Positions 14,301 to 26,000 of a stretch of DNA of 64,000 nt are shown in pieces; position 1 is the first letter of the stretch; each line of letters opens with the position of its first letter. A program made the position numbers and the translations under genes. Below the pieces are notes generated by a model. It did not search any database. It was given only the letters and a program-made list of their open reading frames with translations, and was not told the DNA's origin. This DNA is from Amphiscolops sp. MND2022 (Eukaryota), in assembly GCA_964187785.1 (NCBI GenBank), contig OZ076409.1, positions 28,088,001-28,152,000 on the forward strand, written 5' to 3'.

Positions 14301-17300
14301 GCTAATTACCTTGCTTGACATAAAAATCGCATTTTCACTCCCAGTACGGCTTCAGTTATACTGCGGCAGCCATGGTATGGATTTGTAGCTCATAAGTTGG
14401 AACTGGTTTCAAGTTTCTAAATTTTACCCAAAATTGTAAAAAAAATAGTCAACCGGTGAAAATGATATTATTGTGGTTGGTTAATGCATACGTACATGTA
14501 TATTCACATTCGATTAATGTTAGTGAACTAATTGTAGACCTCAAGTCTTGATATAGATTATTTTCGGACGAATTATTGAAAGGATGAGTAATGTTCTGAT
14601 TGATTTTGTACTACAGGCAAAGAAAGCCAGTCGGAATCATGTGGAGGAACGGCAAGCTGTTCAACCTCACAGAGTCTCTCCATGTTGTCTGGTTGGTGAA
14701 TTGATTGTACATATTATTCACTCAGCTAGTTAGAAGTTGTGAACCAAGTTTGAAGTCAAAGATCCTCATAATTGGTCGCCATTCAAATTAATAATTCCTC
14801 GTAACTCAACTTCAGTTCTTCATTGAGAATTGGAAGTGACCCTAGTAGTAGTAGAAGCTGCAGAAGCTTAGATGAAATACTAGTGCAAATAATTTGTGGT
14901 TTGCAATAGTTGTACAGTTTGCATAATATCATACGTCTCTGACAACCAAGCATTTCTAACTACACGTTATCCAATTGTGCCCATATAGCAGTGCACATAC
15001 AAGTGCATCTTTTATTTCATTCTTCAAACTATGAGTTTGGTGCTCTTTAAAGAAAAATATAAGCAATTGAGGATCAGTGATGTACGTTCTTGTGATTTCT
15101 CGCGTTTTACTGCTTAAAAGCATTTTCACTTGATGGTATTCCATCTAATCTTGTTCTTGTTGAAATTCCCCCGCTAGGACTCACAAAATTGTACCAATTG
15201 ATAATTTTGTCGCATTTTGTCTATTTCAACCTGGGCTGTAATTTCGATTCTTCTCTAAAGCAAAAAAATAGACAGTTTTGTGTACGAATGGAAATGTACA
15301 TCGCTGTTAGTGTTTGCGATGAAGTCTGCTGAAAGCGCGACTGATGTTGGCTTGAAGTTGAGTCCGGATGTGGTTGATTCTACAGGCACGAGTGACCTGG
15401 GCCCTAGTCTGGAGACCCTCCAAGACCTGGTGGCAGCTTTCAGTGCCCAGAGAGACAGTCTGCTGGACAAACTGCGCATCAAGTTGGAACAACTGAAGGA
15501 GGTCTGCTTGCAAGAAAGTGTTAGTCAAGCCGCCCCCACATTTTACTCTTGTCTATTATTTTTAGTCGATCCTTTAGTCTCGTCCGGTTTTGTAGGTTAC
15601 CTCAAAAAAGTTTTTAAAAAACGAAAGGGGGCCCTTTGCACTAAGTTTGCATTGGCCGGACTTGGCCTTAGTGGTTCCACTTCTCTAAAACGTGGACCGA
15701 TCAGTGAGTCTGAAGGAAAAAAAGGTCACTGTAAGAGTCGGGCATTTTTTTCCTTAAAAGGAAAAAGCGCTGACTAAAAAACAGTTTGAAATGGGCTGGT
15801 TAAACATTTGTTTTTCTGTACGTTAGCAGTGACTTACTGATCTGCTGCAACCAAACAAAAAATTTCGATGAGTCACTCAATGGGACTCAAATGGTGTAAT
15901 CTGAGTTTTTCGTCTCGCAGATAATTGATGCATGGAAATTCATTTGCTCAACTTGGCTGATCAGTATTTGCGTTGCTTAGGAAATAACTGGAAAACTGCC
16001 AGAAGAATACCCGGTCAGTCCCGGGGCTTCACCTCCTCCCCCACGGCGAAGAGTGGGTACTGCTTTTCAACTGTCAGAAAATGTTCTGCTGAACATGAAT
16101 CAGTCACAGTCTCTGAAACGAACTAAGAAGTCGTCAGTAGACACCACGCAGAACAATCTCAACATCAAGAACCTTGAAGAGGAAAGGCTGATGCTACAAA
16201 CTGACGTGGATATCAAGACGCAGATAATCGAGGCTGAGAAGAAGTTGCTCAGTGAGAATAAACACTACTCTAAACGTGGAAAGAGGAAAGACAAAAAGCA
16301 GAATATTCTGAAAATGGAGGCAGAGGTGAGTCTTTGGTCACTACTGATACGTAGTATTTTTCAGTATTTTGTGATGCTTTCAGTTACTCTGAAGTTTGAA
16401 CTGAAACATTATCACTGGGTAGGAAAACGGTTCTTTTGCCCTGGACGTTGTTCAGCGGAAGCTCAATCCTGCGACGATTTTGAGTTAATAATTTAGAATG
16501 CAAACATTTAAAATATTTATGGATGGGGAACCATATGGTGCTTCAGCATCCTTAGTTGCCTTAAAAAGGGGGGGTTTCTCTGAAAATTCGGTGCTATAGG
16601 GAAATCATAATTATCCGCAGCACTTGATGATGAAAATGTTTTAGCTACGAGACATGCGCTTGAAACTAGCGCAGCTAAGCCGCGACATTGAGAGGCAGAA
16701 AATTCAAGCTTACAACGTGAGTCTCAGAGCTCCTGCAGTTGATAGCGACGAGCTTTTCTCCATTTTTAACTCTCCCCCTCGACATGAAGAAGAAACCCCT
16801 GCCGTTGATTCTGGAGAACGCAATAGAGCCCAAAGTGTCTCGCATAGATATAAGAACCATGTCGGAAGCACTGACGCGCTCAATTCTTCCCCTGGAAATG
16901 ATCTACAACAGGTTGGTTGGTTGATATTCATTTTGAATACGTCGCCATTCCTACGTAAGCAAATTTTAGTTGGTCTTTATTAGCAACATGCATTGATAGA
17001 AGAGACCTTTTTAATTCTACCGATTTCAAGCAGTGATGTACAGTAGAGTGTGGCTATAACGAAATGTCCTTATACAGAACAAATTTTAATTCCCCGAATT
17101 TTTTCCTGTTTTACATGCAAAAAATCGCGGCTATAACGAATGCGGCTATAACGAAATGTGTGTATACCGAACCAATGATAATCACCCAAGCGAGAAAATG
17201 TGCATATAACGAAATTGAGTCTCTTTCATATTATTGTCAGCGTGTGATACGTTTGCTCAGCGTCAAGTGTCGCAAGATCTTCTGTCAACAATTTAACCGC

Positions 17301-20007
17301 ATCTCAGATTAATGTGTTACTGTGTAAACAGACACCGATGCTCCATAAGCTAAATTGAGTGGTGTGCAGTTATTACTTGTGTAGTATTATGGCTACCTCG
17401 TCAAACTACTCGGTAAGATTTACGCCCAGGATTCTTATAATACGAAAAACTGTTTTCCTGTTGTCTTGTACAATCCATGCTTTCTTTAGGGTAAAAAGCG
17501 AAAATCGTTGAGTCTTGTTGACAAATATGCCATTATTCAAGAGAAAGAAAGCGATCCGTCACTTACACTGGACCAACTGTCTACAAGGTATTCGTTTGGA
17601 AAATCTACAATAAGCCAAGTGCTAGGCAAGCAACGCAGCAAAATTCTTACGGAATTTCAGAATGGGTCGACTACTGGCTCGACCAAAAAATTCAGGCAGA
17701 ACAAGTTTTAAGACGTGGATAGTCCAGCCAATGGATGCGGGAATCATAAAGAACCTTAAGTTGCACTAATGAATGCTAATTGAGAATTGACTTCTGGCAT
17801 ATGATACTAAATCCGAGTTCAAGTTTAATCTTCTGGATGCTTTGCGCTTGGTTAAATTGTCCTGGTAGAACGTTACAGAACGTACTATTCTTCTCTGCTA
17901 CAGACATTGTGGTTTTGTTTCCGACACCCCTCGACAACGGACATGCGAACCAGTTGACGCTTAATCTGAACTCTCAACGGCATGGTCCCGATTACAGCAT
18001 GCCGGCTTACTTCTAGTTGAAAATGTCAGCTGCCAGTTGAAGAACGATTATGTTGATGTAGATGCAGCGACAGAAGTTTGTGAGAGCCCAGATGATTTGG
18101 CCTTTCAACAGACAAACAACCAGTTTGAAGATCAAGTTGTAAGCGACGATGAGTTTATAGTTGAAGACCTGAGCCGGTACCTAAGCCGTCACTTATCGAT
18201 TAATTGGAGGCATTGGTGACACGCCGCTCATATTTCCATTATGAGGGTACTGAATGTCATGAGGGCATGGAAAGAATCGAGAAAGTGCTTCAGAAGAAAG
18301 CAGAAATGAAAAAGCAGACCGCGATAACAGACCATTTCCGTTAAAATTGCAGTTCAATGGATACTTAACTAATGTCGGATTTAATGTACCATTGTGCTTA
18401 TTGTACGATTATTAAGCCTGTGTCTTGTGTAATCTAATAACGATTTTCTTTTGGTTAACTTTGGTACGGTTAGGTTATCTTCGATATATTTAAGGCATTC
18501 TCGAACGAAATGTTTTTATAACGAACATTTGAGCTTTAGATTGTTCCGAAATGCGGCAATAACGAAGTGCGCTAATAACGAACTTTTTTTGTTTTCCCGA
18601 GGGGGTCCGTTATAGCCGCACTCCACTGTGTATCATTAGCGGTGTGATACCACACCGAATCGTTCAACATTGGCGGCAGAATACAACGATAAACTACATA
18701 TATACTTGGAATAAAAACCCATCTTTAGTCGGCGCTCAATGAAATCAAACGCGACAATTATAGTGACTTTTCGGCGTGTTCTTTTTCAATCCAGTGGAAG
18801 TGGCCGAATGCCACATTCCAAACATCGGCAAAACATCGGCAAAAACAAATTGGCAAAATAGTTGGAAGTGTCCCTTCATTCCTATTTCCACATACTTGAC
18901 ATTTTTTCGTAACCTAATTGGTTATTTTCGCAACTGTGACTTTTTTGGAAAATCTGCCATTTTTAAAGAGGGTCCTTTGTTTTTTGATATTTTGTAGTGC
19001 AGAAAGCGGTTTTGAGCCCAGAGGGCCCTCCTTTGGGCTTTTCGGCACTATGGAATTGACCACTTATTCAAAAGAATCATTGACGCTTTTATGTACTTTT
19101 GCTCTTTCTGAGCCTTAAGCGGGGCGCCGACTGATGCCGTTCCGGCTTGTTTCAACTTATTGTTCCATCTTTCAATTGATGTGCTTATTTTAACGACCTA
19201 ATTGTGTGTTGTAGGCTGTGAAAGAAATTCTCTCGAGCAGAACAGAGTCTATAATCAAGTCCAGCCCGAACTCTCCTGTTCTGAATCGAAATTCCAAGAT
19301 CTATAATGGCAGTGCCTGGACGTCTTCTTCGAGAAACCCGGACGCTGGAATGTTCCCCGAGGAACATGAGAATATTAGTTTGGGTTCCGTTCGGTTCGAT
19401 AAAAACAGAGATCCACGGGCCACTAATGGAAATGACAGGCCGCCTTCTCCAGAAAGGTTTGTATTTAATTTTGTTAAATCACCACGCATGTACACTTGAA
19501 CCAGGATTTTGACATAATTAATTTTCCCCCACTAATTCAAAAATTGCTCTGAAAATTTCAAATTGTCAAGTTCTATCAAATTTCGAGTATGTTCCAAGAT
19601 GAAATCATAGTTTAATTTTCCTAAGGACTGTTGATCAGTTGAGTTATTTCGATTTTTGCTGAGAGTTTGAATAGCGAAATTGGAGTTTAAACTGAATTCA
19701 AGCAACAAACTATTTTCACAAAAGATGAGTCCAACTCATGGCTTCGATAGAAAGTCTATTTCGCCTCGTATCAGTTAGTATGGCTGCTCTCGAGAACATT
19801 CTCAATTGGCACTGGACGGTTATAAAAAGTACATGATACAGAAGTCATCCGTTTTCAAAAGAAAATTCATGATAAGTAAAACTAATTTCGTTTTTAATTA
19901 ATTTGTTATGCTGTATGGGAATCCACCTCAAAAACTACACGATATTCGTTCGGGATATAGATACCTATATTACGATATTAGTATATTCAATATATTTACA
20001 CTTGCGA

Positions 20008-20045
<38 letters not shown>

Positions 20046-23000
20046 TCAACCCGCAAGTCGCATAGTTCAGCCGTTCGTGGTCTAGTGGTAAGATGCTTGC
20101 TTTTCAACCCAGAGGGTTCGTGTTCGAACCCGCGCGTATGCGCTAATTTTTTTTACAAGTATTCCGAAGCAGAAGGCTCTCACTTTTTTTCTGCGCAATG
20201 AGACTCCCCCTTTCGGCTTTGTGGGATTTTTTTTTCAAAAAAAATTTTAATGTCCCAAGGGGTCCTCCCTTCAATTTTTGAAATTTTGCAACAGAATGGA
20301 TGTTAAAAAATCTCAAAGGCTTTTTTAAAATTTGTTTTCATCGAAGCCCCTCCTTAATTTTTACAAGAAACGAAACGTTTTGCGAGCGTAAAGGACTCCT
20401 CGGCACTATGCGACTTAAAAGTTGAGTTTCTCAATATTTCTAGGAGATTCACGTCTGATTACTCGCCGAGTGTGTACGAAAGAGGAACGAAAAGTGCAAT
20501 GAAGGCGGAAAGACATTCCTGGAAATTTGCCGAGGAGGATGAAATAGCTGGCTATGTTCCCTCTGGTGCATATCAAATGACAAACTACAGAACTACCAGG
20601 TATCTCTACACATTTGTCATTTCCTTTGGAGTTAGGATTGGTGTACCCAAAAACACATACCAAAGTCGGTCGTTTTCAAAGAATTCCACGGGTTTATAAA
20701 TTCCAGTTCCAGTCAATGATATAAGTAGCATCTGTCGTAATAGATAAATATACTCCCTTTTCTGAAAATTGAGCTACAATAAATTGCTAGTGGGTTCATA
20801 GAGTATCTGTTGAAATTGACTAAATATAGCAACCTTTAACATTTTTTGAAAAATGGCGTATTGCCATGGGCAATTTTATGTATCTCTTGATACGACAGAT
20901 GATACAATTATTTTCATCATAGAGTCAAATCAAAATTTATTGAGAATCTGGTGCATTTAATTCAGTAATGATATACACTACTCTGTTGAATGATGATGAT
21001 GATTTCAGGTACCCCACATACTCTTTGAAGAAACTCAGGCACAACAAGTCGGAAGAGGATCTGCTCGGCGGGGGGTCTCCAGCAGACATTTCCTCTTCCT
21101 CTTCCAGCAACAACTGGCGCCAGCCGGTCAACAAGGGCTACCAGAAGACATCCACTGCCAGTCTCAATGCCCAACTCAACAATGACAGAAGGGAGTCCCA
21201 ACTCAGGTCCATGACCCAGATGCTCAGTGCCAGCAGTTTAGGTCAGTCCTACTTCTCACCCCCTTACCCCGTGGAAGGCCTTCTGGAATTGAGAAAATTA
21301 TCAATCCAATCATAATGATGAATGATTTAAAGAATTGACAAACATTTCTCAGTGTCTCACAAACTTAGCTACGGCTAATATTTCAAACTTGTAGTTTCCG
21401 TATCTACTGTTTCTTTTTCATCCAGCCTGTCATTTAGGTTTCTAGTGTGGAAATGTAATGAAAATCATCCTTCTACTTCAGCCTCTTTTACTTGGTATTT
21501 GGTTTTAGGTGCTACAGCCAACTACGCTGCCTGCGGGGCATCGAACACTAGTTGTGCATCTAGCAACATATCAAACAAGGAAGAACATATGTCATCGAGG
21601 TCGTCCTTCTCCAGTCTCCACAGACGACAGCACTACGCTTTGCCTTATACCTCATCAGATCAGAACAACTTGCTTCATCTTGGTGGCTGCTCCTCGCCAC
21701 ACGATAGCAACTCTGCCTCTGCCATTCACCCATCAGCACATCCTGCAAACAGGTCTACCTGGCAGCCAGAGAGGTTCAAGACAACATCAGCTACAGAAGC
21801 TACCGCCCAGGCTGGCAATATAGGGATTACGCAATCGCAGAGTCTGCAGGCGTTCTATGGATCCATTTCTCCAAGAAAGTCTACTTTTGGTATGTAATAA
21901 GAATAAAAACTTTGCTCATGGTGGACCCGAAATCGCTTGCTTCGAATTCTGGGATTTTTTCAAGAATAAGATTAGATCCTAATTTTTTTCCATGATAAAA
22001 ATAGAACTTGCTATATTGTGTTTTATTTTTTAATTGCTTGTTGGTATGGATAAATCTTCGTATTTTTGTCGTTTTTGGTTATCTTTTTTTAATTACCCGG
22101 CTTTAAAATTGCTGAAATATTTAGACTCGGTGGCTAAATTGAGGAAGTTGTGACTAAATAATAGTTATCACTGATAGTCAGTTGTTCATTAGCGCAAAAT
22201 AATGTTTTTGGCTTCCGCCTCGTGTCATTGAGTGCTATTGTTTGTTCACCCTCTTGTCGTGGTTGTAAATTAATTTGAATATCATTTCTTTGTATTCCAG
22301 ACACGACAGTGAATTACGAATGCGATGAGATGTCGCTGTCTTCAGCGGATGGAAACTTTCCCTCGCCTCAAAGTGCGACTTACGATGCTTCTTCGTATTA
22401 TCAGCGTTGCCTGGGCAATAAAAAGACCGCACAGCAGCAACAGTAAGTTTGGTTTTCGAGATGTTATCTGCAAAGATGAATGAATTCTGTCTTAATCTTT
22501 TTTCTACCTTGAATCTAATAATTAAACCTGCTTTTTTCTTGTGTTGATATTTCCAGACGTGCACGTTTCTATTGAACTTGCTTAAGTCTGTGGTTTTCAT
22601 TTTCCTATAAATTAGAAGCACAATTGCGTTCTGTTAAATTGACAGATACATCTGCTAAATAAAGGTTATTCCTTACCAACTATTTCTTGAAATTGATACA
22701 CTTCTACGCATCCTCCTAATTTTTCTGAACAGCGCTTATACTTGAAAACAGTTTTCTTTCTAAGTGAGAGTTAATACGCAACCTTTTCTTTCCAGCAGAC
22801 AGTTTTTTGATGAGCTGGTTCGGTAGGTAACTATATTTTACTCCGTCTTTTTGCCCAAAATGAAATTCGGTTTCACATCTGTAACTGTTGCATTGACAAT
22901 GATCTGCAATTGCAAAACTAACCACTAAGTTCATTACAATTTATTCGTCAAAACTATTTTAAAAATTACTTCAATACTGGAATGGATCCGACATATTTCA

Positions 23001-26000
23001 GAATATGAAATAATGACTCAATGATGGTAAGATTTTTGTTTTCGTCTTGTTAATCTTTCATTTGATTGTTTTTCTTCTGTAGTTTCTTTAAAATTGTTAT
23101 CAAATTCAACTTACCTGAAATTATCTTCATCAATTTTAATTAGTTCCATTGAAAGATTTCAAAGTTTCGAGCAAAGTGCACGGGTTTTGAAGACCCAAAG
23201 AGTTGAAAGTCTAAACTATCAGATGCTTTTGGATTTGTGATAATAGTTTTTTTTTCATGAAAAATTGTGTAAAAAGAGTTTCCTGTCTTGGACGACCATT
23301 GTGTAGTGGTTAAAGCGTTAGGCCTGTATTAGCGCGGATTCAGGTTCAAATCTCTCTCAACTCAGCATTGTTAGGTTTCGAGCAAGCTCTCAATCCCTAG
23401 CTTAGCGGTATGGTCTTGAAAAAAGACCAATTGGCGGAGAAAAGTCAAAAAGCAACCACGAAACTACAGCTTCAACCTCATCAGTTGACAACGAGGCTGC
23501 TGGTTGCAACTATGGTTCAATAAATGTACCGATTTCGAAACTCGGACCCCGCGTAATTCAGGAAATGATTTTTAGTCGGTGCTTTTCGTCATTGTTTTTT
23601 AGTCGGCGCATATTCCTTTAAAGGAAAAATGTCTGACTCTTACAGTGACTTTTTTTTTCTTCAGACCACAGACTTCACACTGTTCGGTCCCCTTTTTACA
23701 GAAACTAAAACTACTCAGGCAAAGGTCAGGGGACAAAGTCCGGCCAAGGCAAACTTAGTGCAAAGGGTCCGTCCCCTCTCTCATTTTTTTTTTACTTTTT
23801 TAACGTAACCTACAAAACCGGACGAGACTAAAGGGTCCCCCTTTCGATTTTTTTGTCACTGTGCGACTTTTTCGAAAATTTTTTGTCTCCAAAGGGTCCC
23901 CTTTCAAGTTTTTTATTTTTTGCAACAGAATGTATGTTAATAAATCCCAAAGGGTCTTCTTTTTTTACATTTTTTTCGGCACCATGCGACATTTACCGAA
24001 AGAAAAAATCTGATTTTTCAAAAGTATTTTCCTTTGTTTCCAATTGGCGAAAAAGTGGTTTCCGAGTCTTATTGAGCATGAAAGGCACCCTTTGGGTGTC
24101 TCGAATTTGTTTTCTGAGCTTTTCATAAATACGTCCTGGGCCTGTATTAAAAACTTTGCGCTTTTTGAGCCTTGAATATAACGCCGACTTTAAGACGTTC
24201 TCGTCTTGTTTTTCGATACACCTGGAGTGACCAAAATAGTTCTACCAAAAGTACAAAATTTGAACCTGATGGCCCAGTGAATTGAACCAAATTTTTTTTT
24301 CTTTTTTCGTGAAACATACAATACTGGGCGAGACTGTGAGGAGTCCCCCTTTCAGTTTTTTTCGGCATTGAGACTTTTATCAAAAATTTTTCACTGAGGG
24401 TCCCCAATTCACCAATAGTTTGAAACGTCTAAAGTCGGCGCTATATCTAATGGTAAAAGCTCAAAATGTGCAATGTTTTTAAAATTTGTGAGAGGGGGAC
24501 CCTTTGAGTTTTTTGAGAATCCAGTTTTTTGCAAAATGTTCGAGAAATCGCACAGTCCTGATAAAAATTCAAAGGGGGACCCTATAATCCCGTCCGGTTT
24601 TGTATCTTACGGTAAAAATTGAGTACATGAAAGGGGGACCCTTTGCACTAACTTATATGCGTTTCCGCCTGCCGGTTCAGTAGTTTAGTAGTTCTTTAAA
24701 AAGTTTCCACTACGCATACATTCTGTTGGCTGACGAAAAAAAACTGTAATAGTCAGGCTTTTTTCCTTTTAAAGGAAAAGGCGCCGACTAAAAACAACTG
24801 AAACAAAATTTATCATAACAAAATTCAGGTCTACAATCAAATCGGTCCAAGATCACTTATGAGTATTGGGAAAATAATTGCAATGAGATATAAGGTCAAA
24901 TAGTGAAACATTAGTTGAATGAAAGTTGAAATCAAAGATTCCTAAATATAGCCGAAAACTTTTGGCTCAAGCTCACATTGGGCAACTAAAATTTAGGTTC
25001 TTGTGCGTTTTTTTTTCTTATCTTCGGGTTGGGAAACATTATTCAGTTTTCATTAAAAGGATGGGGAAATATTGTTTTTTTTCCCGAAAAAGTTTTTTTG
25101 TTTTTTAAAAATTTTTCTTTTAAATCATTATTTAGTTGTTTAAATAAAAGTAATAATTTTCGTGCTTTGTCCACGCCAAGACGTGATCGCACCGTCTCGT
25201 AGCTCATGCCCATTGTCGAGAAGTGCCGTTCCAGTGACGCACTGCTCGGCACCGCCGACACGAGTGTTGCAGCCAGATCGGCAAATGAAGCATCACTAAA
25301 CATTTATAAAATAAATTCTTAAGGATGGAAAGTCGAAACAAAAACATGTTTTTTTCATGTGTTTAGAACATGTTTTTTTCGTGAATGTTTTTTTGTTTTT
25401 TTTTTTCATTTTTGCCAACCCTGTTTCATTAGTTTACTGATATCATGTATTGAACTGAAAAATGAACATGTTTCACCCTTGTTTGATTCTACTTCAGTTA
25501 AACCGTAGCAACCATGTGAGCAATTCTTTTCGTTGTAAGTTAGAGGTTGTTTTTCAAAGAAAACCCAGCTTTTGATTTCGTGATTTAAGCACTCTTGGTT
25601 TGACTATTCAGTTCTCACATTCTCTGCTACTTTTATCCGTAATTTCAAATATTTCAGGAAGTAAACTGATGAAAGTCAAAGCCCTGTTTGCGTAAGGAAT
25701 TCTTTTTGCGTAGACCTTTTGTGTTATAGGGTTCTCTTTCGTCGTACAATTCATTCAACGCTGCTGATAAAATCGGATGCTTGGTTTCTTCTAAGTAACG
25801 CATGCTATTTCAATGTATCAATAATATAGGTATTATAGAACTTGACAAGTGCAGCAATAGCGATATTGTATGTTAGACATTGATTTTCTGGGCATAGCGA
25901 CAACTCATATCAAGCGACAACTCATATCAGGCGACAACTCATATCAATTTCAAAAAGCGACAACTCATATCAAGCGATAACTCATATCAATTAGGAACAA

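Noticed and set aside
20068..20143. Possible functional tRNA-Glu(TTC) gene
   Set aside because: The acceptor and anticodon stems do not pair properly and it is contiguous with a repeat body, so it is treated as a tRNA-derived repeat.
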